64,000 nucleotides of DNA from Leucoraja erinacea. Its lineage: Eukaryota. The notes below the pieces were generated by a model. That model worked only from the letters and a program-made list of their open reading frames with translations, was not told the DNA's origin and ran no database searches. How positions within the stretch are numbered: position 1 is the first letter of the stretch; the number at the start of each line of letters is the position of its first letter. Location of the stretch: assembly GCF_028641065.1 (NCBI RefSeq), contig NC_073378.1:85312001-85376000 (forward strand), in the 5' to 3' direction. This document shows positions 25,377 to 37,662 of this stretch, one piece after another. A program made the position numbers and the translations under genes.

Positions 25377-25944
25377 AGCAGAACATAATTCCTATGAAAG
25401 ATCTTTAATTTAAAACATTAACTATGTTTCTCTCTCCACAAATGCTGCCTGACTTCTAGTATTTTCTCCTTTTATTTAAGATTTCCAACATTTGCAGTGT
25501 TTTGTTGTGTGATCCATTTCTTCAATGGGCCTTGAGTCATTAGATAGGTAGACAAGCCTTGGCTTTGAATTGATGAACTAAAGAATAGTAGCTCTGAAAG
25601 TGTGGTACTAACTCATACTGCTTCAGTGCCAGCCTAGATCTTCAATTCAAAAATCATGCATTGGAAATTTAATTTTGATATTTGAGTCAAAGATTAAAGT
25701 GTTGTTACACTAAGCTAACAATTGTTTTCAATCTCATGTCTGGTGAATTCTCCTGGGCCAACATCCTTTACAGCATTCATTTTCATGGAGTGATAAAGTT
25801 GCAGACTCAAGCACAATAGCAGGCCTTTCACCCCATTGTGTCCACATCAACCATCAAGAACCAATGCTACTATCCTATTTTCCAGCATTCAATTCACAGC
25901 CTTCTATCCTCGTGCTTTTCGCCCTTATCTAAATATGACAAATA

Positions 25945-26229
25945 CCCTCGGAAGAACTCCGGACTGTCAAAGCCGCCACAGCCAGACATAAAAACAGCTG
26001 TTTTCCACGAGCAGTAGCTCTACTCAACAGCAAAAAGTCTGTAGCCTCCATTTGCTCTGCTATTTTATTTTATTCTTCACATGTTTAAATTATAATATTT
26101 TATTTTTAATTGTCTACTGTATATCATGCTGTTATCCTTGCGAGCAAAGCACCAAGGCAAATTCCTTGTATGTATACATAATTGGCTAATAAAATATATT
26201 CAATTCAATTCAATTCAATTCAATTCAAT
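25945..26229 (+). mobile_element. Rex1-type LINE 3' end
   Basis: ccctcggaaga...aacagctgttttcca, AATAAA and (CAATT)n tail. Confidence 0.65.
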
Positions 26230-27589
26230 ATTGTGTGTTTACTTGCTTCCACTTCCCCATCGGGTTACAGATTTCAGATTTCAACCAAAAATTATTCTTC
26301 AAATCCTCTCAATCTTCTACCTCTAAACTGCAACCCTTTCTCTCAGATTATAGACACCCACTTACATATAATCTTAATATTGAGAATTTATGACTAACCA
26401 CAATAAACTATTATTTGGAACTGAAAAGACTGACTGTGACACCAAATAATGAAAGCCCATTTGGAATATATCTTCAAAGAGATTCAACCTACAATTTTTT
26501 ATCCAGTCACCATGGTTACATTAATCAGCTTTTACTTCCTGTGGTACTGTTTGCTGGCTATAGCTATTGTTACACTATTTGATATACCAAATAGAGATCT
26601 ACTTGGCCTCAACATGGAACAGCCTTAACATGCTGCTAATCCCTACAAATAAAGTCTCTGCATCCGATTTACAATCAATGCCATAGCAAATACATAGGAA
26701 GAACTATTGGTACTTTTCAGTACCACATGACATTTCTAGTGATAAATTAAAGCTGCAGGGCAAGTTTCTAAAAGAGAGGCTGACTGGATAATCATCGGGA
26801 AAAGTCAAGAATGACTAATGTTCCACATCACCAGCAGAAATAAACTCGTATTTCTCCACTGGACTTGACACTGCGTATTTATGATATTTGTCTGGCTTTA
26901 TAAAATATATTGTTTGTGCGTCCACTTTCAGACTGAGAAGAAATAATTATTTTTTATCATTGTGAAGCAATACCATTGTCAAAATCCATGGCAACAAATC
27001 ACCAGGATTTCTTCAATAAACCTGCAAATGCATGACCTTTACCAGCAGGGAAGTCTAAGACAGCAGTTACATGGGCATATTACCACATTAAACTTTGCCC
27101 CACCCACACAGACATACAGACGCATAACCCTCCCTCCCTCCCCCCACCCCCTTAATATTTGTCCATGGGACAAGATCCATGAACTTCCTAGCTAATAGCA
27201 CTTTAGGAGCTCCGTCACCAGCATGGCAAGAGGTGGCTCTCCACCACCTTCTCAATGGTAATTAGTGGGGATCAATAAATGCAGAACTCCCAGTAAGTTG
27301 AAAGAAATCTACATTGCACCATATTTTTCCTCTAGAGCCGATAATCATCAATTTCATCACATTTCCCAAATGCTTGGCCCAACATTCCAGACCATTTTTA
27401 TAAAAGCACAACCAAAGCTATGCTAGTGTTGATGAATCACACTCATGCACTCGTTCAGTCCCTGTTCCTCTGTGTGTCCTGCTGCTCATGCATGGTGTTC
27501 TCCTCATATGGTTATAGTAAACCTGTTGAAGGCTGCTCACTTGCAATGGCAAAGACTACTGATGGTTTACTGAGATTATGTTTGGCAAA

Positions 27590-27990
27590 TTAGAATTTTT
27601 AATCTTGTAATAAGCAGGATTAGGGGAAATAGGTGAATGTGGTGTATTGTTATTTCTAGAATGCATTCAATAAGTTGAGTCAGGCAAGTGGATCATTTTC
27701 AAGTTGGTAAGCTAACTAGTGAAAATTCACAGGAATCAGTGCTGGAGCCTCGACTGGTTCCAATATATAGCTGAGATATAAAGGGTGCAGGGTTCTGAAG
27801 CAGCATTTGCTGGCAATATGTGGATAGGAGGAAATACATTTGGTGGACGAAGAGAGTCTCAAAGGACATAGTTGGGCAAGTGGACAAAAGTTTGGCAAGT
27901 GGAGTTAAAATGGAGAAAGCTGAGGTAATCCACATTGATAGGAGGAGTTGAAGAATTGTATATTGTTTAAATTGAGAGAGAAAGCAGAAT
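27590..27990 (+). mobile_element. Old CR1 RT fragment
   Basis: Decayed QGSVLGP-like (caggaatcagtgctggagcct) and CEVIHF-like segments. Confidence 0.55.
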
Positions 27991-28289
27991 GCTTCTATTC
28001 ATCATCAGCCTTTGCAAAGCCTTTAAGCTGAGATAAAAGAGAAGGAAGCATTGAATAAGGATATGACCTAGCTGACTATAGACAGCACAGCTCAGCACAT
28101 TTACTTGTCTGCTGTCACAGATGTTGCGAATGTAGATTGATTTAGCTATTTCCAGGTAGAGTTTTCAGGGCTTCCAGAAGTGGTTGGTGATTGGTCATGT
28201 TATGGTATTACAATGTTGGTTAAACAATTTCCCATCTGCCTCATGCTTCCTAACCCACTGCGTTTCTCCAGCACTTTGTGTATATTGAG

Positions 28290-30810
28290 TTCTGTCTAGA
28301 TGCAGGAGGTAGCCCCGATGCAGTCGTCAAGGTAGCGGAGATAGAGTTGAGGGAAAGGCCCAGTGTACACCTGGAACGATTCTGGAGTAGTTCCTGAAGA
28401 TTGGCGGGTAGCAAACGTAACCCCACTTTTTAAGGAGAGAGAAAATGGGGAATTACAGACCAGTTAGTCTAACATCGGTAGTGGGGAAACTGCTAGAGTC
28501 AGTTATTAAAGATGGGATAGCAGCACATTTGGAAAGTGGTGAAATCATTGGACAAAGTCAGCATGGATTTACGAAAGGTAAATCATGTCTGACGAATCTT
28601 ATAGAATATTTCGAGGATGTAACTAGTAGCGTGGATAGGGGAGAACCAGTGGATGTGGTGTATCTGGACTTCCAGAAGGCTTTCGACAAGGTCCCACATA
28701 AGAGATTAGTATACAAACTTAAAGCACAAGACATTGGGGGTTCAGTATTGATGTGGACTGGCTGGCAAACAGGAAGCAAAGAGTAGGAGTAAACGGGTCC
28801 TTTTCACAATGGCAGGCAGTGACTAGTGGGGTACCCCAAGGCTCAGTACTGGGACCCCAGCTATTTACAATATATATTAATGATCTGGATGAGGGAATTG
28901 AAGGCAATATCTCCAAGTTTGCGGATGACACTAAGCTGGGGGGCAGTGTTAGCTGTGAGGAGGATGCTAGGAGACTGCAAGGTGACTTGGATAGGCTGGG
29001 TGAGTGGGCAAATGTTTGGCAGATGCAGTATAATGTGGATAAATGTGAGGTTATCCATTTTGGTGGCAAAAACGGGAAAGCAGACTATTATCTAAATGGT
29101 GGCCGATTGGGAAAGGGAGAGATGCAGCGAGACCTGGGTGTCATGGTACACCAGTCATTGAAGGTAGCCATGCAGGTGCAGCAGGCAGTGAAGAAAGCGA
29201 ATGGTATGTTAGCTTTCATTGCAAAAGGATTTGAGTATAGGAGCAGGGAGGTTCTACTGCAGTTGTACAGGGTCTTGGTGAGACCACACCTGGAGTATTG
29301 CGTACAGTTTTGGTCTCCAAATCTGAGGAAGGACATTATTGCCATAGAGGGAGTGCAGAGACGGTTCACCAGACTGATTCCTGGGATGTCAGGACTGTCT
29401 TATGAAGAAAGACTGGATAGACTTGGTTTATACTCTCTAGAATTTAGAAGATTGAGAGGGAATCTTATAGAAACTTACAAAATTCCTAAGGGGTTGGACA
29501 GGCTAGATGCAGGAAGATTGTTCTCGATGTTGGGGAAGTCCAGGACAAGGGGTCACAGCTTAAGGATAAGGGGGAAATCCTTTAAAACCGAGATGAGAAG
29601 AACTTTTTTCACACAGAGAGTGGTGAATCTCTGTAACTCTCTGCCACAGAGGGTAGTTGAGGCCAGTTCATTGGCTATATTTAAGAGGGAGTTAGATGTG
29701 GCCCTTGTGGCTAAGGGGATCAGGGGGTATGGAGAGAAGGCAGGTACGGGATACTGAGTTGGATGATCAGCCATGATCATATTGAATGGCGGTGCAGGCT
29801 CGAAGGGCCGAATGGCCGACTCCTGCACCTAATTTCTATGTTTCTATGTTTCAACGTACCCTACAAAGAGGCATGCATAGCTGGAAGCCATGTGAGTACC
29901 CATGGCTACACCTTTGGCTTGGAGAAAGTGGCAGAAGTGGAAGGAGAAGTTAGTTGTTAATGGTGAGGACCAGTTCCGCTAGGCATACGGGACTGTTAGT
30001 AGAGGAAATTTGGATGGGTTTGCGATCAAGGAAGAAACAGAGCCTTAAAAGCTTCCTGGTCTTCTTTCATGACCATCATCTATGTTGCAAATGTTCGGCC
30101 AGGCACTTGCGCAGTGGACAGCCTTCTCCTTTGCCACCGCTCGATCTTGCAGGCAGCATTGTTCACCAAGAAGTGGGCATCTTATTGGTATGGCATGGGT
30201 GAGGGATGGAGATGTAAAGGGACTAAATGTCCATAGTAAAGATATGGGAAAGTTCTAAAAGAGTTAAAGGGTTTTATGAGTTGCCTTGGACATAGGTGGG
30301 AATGGATTGGAGAAGGGGGGGGGGATAGGATAGAACCAGGTTATGTGGAAATGATTTTGGTGTGCAGGTGCATGCAGAAACAATGGGCAGATATGTGTAT
30401 GCATTTTAGGGAGAAGGTTAAACCAGGCCATGCTGGGCTCGGGAACAATAAGATGGGTGGTTGTGGAGGGCAGACAGATGGAAGTGATAACATCAGCGAT
30501 AATCTGGGAGAAAATGGCCTGGTGCTCATCTGTGGGGTCATGATCCATGGCAAATATGAGGAGGTGTCCAAGAACTGGCGCCTGGCCTCAGCTGGGTAGA
30601 GGTCAGCCCGCCAGGCTACAACGACATCTCTCTGTCGACATTGTGTGATGATAATGTCAGCTTTGTTGCCAACTGAGTGGAGGGCTGTATGTTCAGAGCG
30701 GGTGAGGTTAGAGTAGGTAAAGGTAAAGAGAGCCAAAAAGTTAACACGGTTGATGTCCCGCCAGCAGTTAGAAATATAAAGATCTAGAGAGGGTAGAGGT
30801 CCATCTGAGG
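28290..30810 (-). mobile_element. Penelope RT region, split by the CR1 at 28378-29850
   Basis: NLTRSEHTALHS...WRADLY, LLPKMH, GVAMGTHMASSYACLFVGYVE before the CR1, then FQVYTGPFPQLYLRYLDDCIG (28377-28300). Confidence 0.8.
28378..29850 (+). mobile_element. Young CR1 LINE, 5'-truncated
   Basis: ORFs 28445..28786 and 28753..29757 (RT); (TTTCTATG)n tail. Confidence 0.95.
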
Positions 30811-31239
30811 ACTTCTTCTTAGGTTTGATGAAGGAACCTTCACTTGAAATGTCAAATCAATGTTTCTCCTTTCACAGATGCTGCCTAACCAGCTGAGTTT
30901 GTCCAACATTTTCCATTGTCTATTTTTGTATCATGTTGGTGCAGATTTTCTTAACCTGATAGTCTGGCCTGCTGTGCAAGTCCCACAACTTGTTTTTTTA
31001 CAACACATTCATTACACAGACCAAGAAACATGGTAGTTAATGTGCTGGTCATTACTGTCATCTTGTTCTACATATACTTCACGGCTTCTCTCCTGTCAAA
31101 AATAATTGGGATCACTTTCTTTCTCCATTCTGACCCAGGACATTGACTGTTTCTTTTTCCACAGATATTGCCTGATATAAGATTTCCAGCATTCTCTGTT
31201 TTTAACACAGATTTTAAACTAATTAGCCAATAGACACAC

Positions 31240-31342
31240 GCAAACACACACTCTCTCTCCCTCTCACTCTCTCTCCCTCTCACTCTCTCCCTCTCCCTCT
31301 CCCTCTCTCTCTCTCCCCCCCTCTCCCTCTCCCTCTCCCTCC
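31240..31342. repeat. CT-rich microsatellite
   Basis: (CTCTCC)n / (CT)n. Confidence 0.9.
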
Positions 31343-31564
31343 ATGACATATTTGGCTTTCCAATCTTCTGGTAGCCAGTGGGTCCCAGTTGGTCCTAGTT
31401 ACTTTTAAAATGCTTGAATTGTAAACCATAAAATTCTGGAAACTTGTCTGCCTTAAATCCTCCATGCTGTTTGCAACTAGCTTATCTTTAGGATGTTTGA
31501 AGCATCCCTTGCCATGAATACTTATGCAAAGTATTAATTTACATTATTTCTCTCTGCCTTTGAG

Positions 31565-31880
31565 TGGCACCGTGATGCAGCTTGTAGAAGTGCAGTTGAG
31601 TGACTCAGATTCGATCATGGCCTCTGGTGCTGTCTGTCTGTATGAGGTTTCCGCCGTCTCCCTATCACTGTGCGGGTTTCCTCTGGGCGCCCCTGTTTCT
31701 TCTAGTCTCCCAAGGATCTGCAAGTCGGTTGATTAATTGGTCACTGAACATTGATCTTAGTGGGTAGTAAATATCTGAATGAATTGATGGCAATGTGTGG
31801 AGAAAATTTAAATGGGATCGTGTGAAGGTGAATTATGGACAGTGTGGTCACGAAAAGGCCTGATTCCATGTTGTGTGAAT
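31565..31880 (+). mobile_element. Old HE1-like SINE
   Basis: ggcaccgtgatgcagc head and V-domain-like gggtttcctctgggcgcc. Confidence 0.55.
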
Positions 31881-32019
31881 ACTTGTTTCTTATTATTAAT
31901 TCCTTCGTCCCACTCTCCAGTTTCCTTTTTTATAAATCAAATGAAGTTCTTGTTGTTTGTTTTGCTAATACTTGATAGTTTTCCTCATTAGAAGTAGCTG
32001 ATGGGATTTGTTTGTAACC

Positions 32020-32337
32020 ATAAGATTATAAGACATAAGAGCAGAATTATGCCATTCGGCCATGTCATTCTGCTCTGCCATTCGATCATGATTCATCTAT
32101 TTTTCTCTCTCAACCCCTTTCTCCCTGTAACCTTTGACACCCTTTCAATATCCACTTTAAAAACACCCAATGACTTGGCCTCCACTGTTATCTGTGGCAA
32201 TGAATTCCACAGATTCACAACCACTGCGGATGCTGGTTTACCCCGAAGATAGACACAAAAAGCTGAGTAACTCAGCCGGTCAGGTTGCATCTCTGGATGA
32301 AAGGAAAAGGTGATATTTCGGGGTGAGACCCTTCAGT
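32020..32337 (-). mobile_element. CR1 3' end joined to a Penelope terminal-repeat fragment
   Basis: VVNLWNSLPQITVEAKSLGVFK, then agacacaaaaagctgagtaactcagc. Confidence 0.6.
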
Positions 32338-33110
32338 TATCATTTCTGTCCAATATTGGTGCTATATTAATTGAAATTGCCTTGTTGTTTTTAACTTATA
32401 TTTAAAATATTTTCAATTTTTTTTCTTCAGCAAAGTCGTTCAAATTTCCAACAATATTTGACATAGCTTCATGAATCAATTCAATTCACATTGGACCTTC
32501 TTGTCAATCTTGTAATGACCTCATTGCAATGGTTTGGGAATGCTTTTCCAGCTGCATTAATTTTCTTGGTCATACAGCCATTCATAGGCATGTTTACATT
32601 TATTTAATGTGTTAATGAACTAACTACTGCCCATCAATATAAAAATATTTCACCATTCTTTTTTGTTATTTTTAATGATTTCAAATCAGGTTATTTAGTG
32701 GTTAAAGGCAATACATTTATATATTTTTGAAAGGTTTTGTTTGTAAAGCCATTTTCAGCTGTATACACAAATGTCTCTGGCACACCTCCATTAAAAATAT
32801 CAATGAACACATCTTAAAGGATGGGAAATGTGGAAATCATCATTGTTCGTTCTGCTGCCTGATTCCGTTTACTCACTTTGGAAGAAGCTGAAAAAAATAT
32901 CTATCATAACCAGAGCAATTTTAACCACATATTGGGTATAATTTTATATGTGTGCTTAAAGAGGAAATACTACAATACTGATTATTGATTTTACACTTGA
33001 CAGACAATAGAAGTCATTTTCAATTTAAATATGAGTTGAGCATTGTTGAAGACACCAGAGCCTACAGATGCTGGAACCTGCAGTAAGAAACAATCTGTGT
33101 AAAAATAAAC

Positions 33111-33311
33111 TACAGATGCTGATTTAAACCGAAGATAGACACAAAAAGCTCGAGTAACTCAGCGGGAGAGGCAGCATCACTGGAGAGAAGGAATGGGCGA
33201 CGTTTCGGGTCGAGACCTGAAGGGTCCGAAGAAGGGTCTCAACCAAACGTCAACCATTCTTTCTCTCCAGAGATGCTGCCTGGCCCGCTGAGTTACTCCA
33301 GCGTTTTGTGT
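33111..33311. repeat. Penelope-derived fold-back element (~200-bp hairpin)
   Basis: Arms ~33140-33217 and 33234-33311 are reverse complements; a weaker second hairpin follows to ~33470. Confidence 0.8.
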
Positions 33312-33683
33312 ATATTCATAAGAAACAATCTGCTGGAGGAACTCAGCAGGTCAGGCAGCACCTACTGGAAGAAAGGATTTGTTGCTGTTTTATGTCAAAG
33401 CCCTGCATCAGGACTTGCTCCCCACAGTATGCTGCTTGACACCATGCATTTCTCCAGCAGATTATTGCTGCGCATTGTTACATTAATACAATTAAGGGAA
33501 ATTACTTTTTTTAATTTTCACCACTATTAACCAAAGTCATACCTAAGTTTTTTTCTATTGCACTGCAGTAAACTTTACCTTTTACCTTTGAGGATGATCG
33601 TGGTAACCTTGTTTGTGTATTTAAGCTTTTTGGTTATGATGGTGTGACGTAAATGATTTTGGTTTAGGCAAGGAAGGTTGGGT

Positions 33684-33787
33684 ACATAGATACATAGAAA
33701 ATAGGTGCAGGAGTAGGCCATTCGGCCCTTCGAGCCTGCACCGCCATTCAATATGATCATGGCTGATCATCCAACTCAGTATCCCAT
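33684..33787 (-). mobile_element. CR1 extreme 3' end
   Basis: Matches the 3' UTR of the young CR1 family. Confidence 0.8.
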
Positions 33788-35654
33788 AATTCAGATGTAT
33801 CATCACATATCACTTTGAAAACCTCCTGATGAAAAATTGTATTAAAAACTTGTCTGGAAACCAAAAACGTAATTAATGGTTGAACTAAGTTTCAGGTATG
33901 AAACAACATTATAGTTCATTTTAATATAAATATTAGGATCACAACATGCAATGACATCCAATCAGAAGTTGTTTTGTACTATTTTCATGTTGTGCTATAA
34001 TTATATTAGATATTGATTTTTTTATTTATCTTGGTCCTTAGGAATCATGTTTCAGTGTGTATAACTTAACTGCAGACAAATTCTGAGAAACGGAAATAAT
34101 TTCTGTCTCTTGTAAAATTGTGGTATTATTACACAACATATTTATTATTTAATGTGTTAGATATGTTCTAATTCTAAAGTAAATTGTCAGGAATGTCAAG
34201 GCTAAATCAATGCACCAGACCTGAATGATGGACAAACAATATTCACCTTAGCATATTGTTGAATGAAGTATTAAACAAGTGATGTATAGGAAAGAATTGC
34301 AGATGCTGGTTTAAATTGAAGGTAGACCTATGAGTAGGTAAACAAATAGACAAGAGAAGGTAGACAAGTGAAATGTTTAAAATGTTACCTCATGATGATC
34401 ACATGTTTGGGCAACAGAGAAATGTAAAAATATAAAAACACTGTTCTCTTACCAACACCAGAATCAAATCCTGTCACAAAGAAGCATTTTTGAACGTAAC
34501 AATTATATCATGTGCCTTCAGCTGATGGTTGCAAATCATTTGTGTGCTGCTGCAGTAATAATAGTGGCTGCTGGAGCAAGTCATGTGGCTGTCACTGCTT
34601 GGTGCTTGCATGAAATAATGGGTACAGTCTATACAACAATCTATTACAGCTACCATTCTGCAGTGCGCATTCAATTGAGTTCTTATGCCATGACATTTTT
34701 TGTCAGTTTGAAATGTTTTATGTATTGCTGCTTAAGAAACCTAATTCTGCACATGGCTGGCTCTGATCCAAGCTCAAATAACAACATCTTCAAAGGGGAG
34801 AAATCTTACGGAATTAAACTAATGCTCAGTAATATGTACTTTCTGGGAAGCTGGAATGCCATCTGAAATAAATTTTCAGGATTTACACACCCTGTGACAT
34901 AAAACATACTGCTCAAGGAACCTATTTTCATTTTTTTAGACTAACTAACAAGTTAAGCCTCCATCTGAAGATGATGTATGAGGAACATTAGTGCATATAT
35001 ATATTGTCATAGTATATTGCAATTTCCTTAACAATAACCTCTTCTTCTTCCACCTTTTTTGGGTTTTTTTTTACCTTACAAGCAAGATATTGCAGTGACT
35101 GCCACTGTGGGCATTTTTTATGCCTAGGAACAGCTTTTAGGAAGAAATCTTTTATGAATGTTACTTTGCAGAAAATCTCAAATGTAAATATACTGCAAAT
35201 CTTAGCATTAAACGTGCAATTTGCACTGGTTTAGATTGACTAATGGTATCCTGAAAAAGGTATCCACTGAAATTGATGAACACTATTTATTTCTCTAAAC
35301 ATCTAGCAATTCTTAAAGGGATATTAGAATTTACTGACAAATAATTTCAAATACATATACACAAGGTCAGAGAGCCAGTCAGCATGGAAACAAGCCCTTT
35401 GAATATTGAGTATACAAAAACTGTATACGAATCCCACTTAATTCTCCCATAATCGCTTTCAGATTTCTCTGGAACACTGGAGGTTGAGGGAGATCTGATA
35501 GAAGTATATAAAGAGGCATAGATAGTGTAGACAGTCAGAATGTGTCTGCCAGAGTCAAAATGTCAAAGACTAAAGGACATCATTTTCAGGTGAGAAGGCC
35601 AACATTTAAAGGAGATGTGCAGGGCAAGTGTTTTACACAGTGGGTGGTTGTGGA

Positions 35655-36520
35655 GGCCGCGGCTCTGTACCATGAAACATACCATGAAAAAAACGGACTT
35701 TCTACATCCTAAAATCGACTGTGTGACCCCATTGGGCATCCATGCAGGCCAGGACCTTGGGTTGGTCTCTTTCCATCCTTCTGTTCACGTTACTTATATC
35801 TGAGGACCCGATTCGAAACTACCCTGATCTGTTCGATGACAAGCTGGGCAAGCTTCCTGTGACTTATAAAATCGCCGTTGACGCCACCGTTGACCCAGCC
35901 ATCCGTGCCCCCCCACCGCGTGCCACATGCCATGCATGACAAAATCCAGACTGAACTTAGAAATATGGTTTCCATGGGGGTACTGGCCGAAATCAGTGAA
36001 TCTACAGACTGGGTCTCTGCCATGGTTGTTACGAGAAAGAAAGACAAAGATGAGCTCCGTGTGTGCATTAACCCAAGAGACCTAAACACTGCCATCAAGC
36101 GACCACATTATCCGATGAGAACTGTCGAGGACGTCGCGGCACAAATCGGTCGCGCAACAGTGTTTTCCATACTAGGCGTAAAGAGCTCGTTCTGGCAGAT
36201 ACTTCTAGATGACGAGTCCTCGAACCTCATTATGTTCGGCACACCATTTGGCAGATTCAAATTTCTCAGAATGCCATTTGGTATCAATTCGGCTAGCGAA
36301 GTCTTTCAGAGAATCATGGAACAGTTGTTCACAGGCTTCCCGTGCGCTATCATTGTAGATGACATCCTGGTATATGGTAAAGACATAGCGGAGCACGACA
36401 ATAATCTCAAGCAGATTCTGGACAGAGCACGCGAGATTAACCTAAAGTTCAACCCCAAGAAATGCAAGTTCCACGTTCCAGAGGCCACCTATGTCGGACA
36501 CGTATTCACTCGCAAAGCAT
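35655..36520 (+). mobile_element. Gypsy/Ty3 pol fragment (reverse transcriptase)
   Basis: ORF 35878..36573: WVSAMVV, LRVCINPRDLN, FWQI, RMPFGINSASEVFQ, IVDDILV, KCKF; follows a CR1 fragment (35470-35650). Confidence 0.9.
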
Positions 36521-36841
36521 CATTAACCCCACCTTACTGTACACTTTATATTAACACCCACTTCCTACATTAGGTAGTCTTGGAAGCGGTAGCGATGAAC
36601 TAACAACCTACTGACACATTGAGAATTTCTTAAAACTCACCATCATGAGTGAGGGCTTCTTCTTGGTGAGCTTCTTGGTGTGCAGCAGGTTTGTCATTCA
36701 ATTTACCTACCGACCCACGTTGTGTCTCTCTGTCTTTCGCTCTCTCCCTCCCTCTCTCACTCTCACTTTCTCTCTCTCTCCTGCTCCCCATCTCGTCTCT
36801 GTCCAGCTCTCTCGGCATTCCCGGAATCATTGACGTTTTGC

Positions 36842-37016
36842 GGTAGACAAAAATGCTGGAGAAAATCAGCGGGTGAGGCAGCATCTATGGAGCGAAGGAA
36901 ATAGCCAACGTTTTGGGTCGAAACCCTTCTTCAGACCCGGCCCGAAACATTGGGTATTTCCTTCGCTCCGTAGATGCTGCCTAACCCGCTGAGTTTCTCC
37001 AGCATTTTTGTCTACC
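36842..37016. repeat. Penelope-derived fold-back element with hammerhead-like core on the minus strand
   Basis: Arms ggtagacaaaaatgctggag... / ...ctccagcatttttgtctacc; minus strand CTGAAGA-A-GGGT-ttcg-ACCC-aAAAC. Confidence 0.8.
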
Positions 37017-37039
37017 TTCGATTTTCCCGCATCTGCAGT

Positions 37040-37430
37040 TCAGAGGCAATTGTACAAGAAGAAAGCAATCGACATAAGAATTATACAATTTTCGTACAGC
37101 TTCAGTTTTAACATTTTATAAACTGATAAATGAATCGGAAAAAAAAGTAAAAAGGAAAGAATGAAGAGAAAGAAGAAAAATACAAAAAAGAGAACAAAGA
37201 AAAACCCTCTGAACTGACAAAGAAGTGAGAGAAAAATAAAGGAAAAAAAAGCAGAGATATATCCCACTATCCTTCCCTACACCTGCTCACCCAACCCAAG
37301 CATCGGTTTTAAATTTGTGTTCAACCATTCTGTTGTTGAAGAAATTCAATGAATGGAGACCATATTTTGGAAAATTGGTCTGATTTATCAGCCAAAACAA
37401 GCCTTATTTTTTCTAAATGTAGTGTCATTC
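37040..37430 (-). mobile_element. L1-clade LINE 3' end
   Basis: TLHLEKIRLVLADKSDQFSKIWSPFIEFL followed by a T-rich 3' UTR. Confidence 0.7.
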
Positions 37431-37451
37431 AATAAGATGACAACTGATTCA

Positions 37452-37662
37452 ACAGATTCTCTGCCTCAGAGGGCGGTGGAGGCGAGTTCTCTGGACGCTT
37501 TCAAGAGAGAGCTAGATAGGGCTCTTTAAAATAGTGGAGTCAGGGGATATGGGGATAAGGCAGGAACGGGGTACTGATGATCAGCCATGATCACTTTGAA
37601 TGGCGGTGCTGGCTCAAAGGGCCGAATGGTCTACTCGTGCACCTGTTGTCTATTGTCTATTG
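37452..37662 (+). mobile_element. CR1 3' end
   Basis: LPQRAVEASSLDAFKRELD and (CTATTGT)n tail. Confidence 0.75.
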
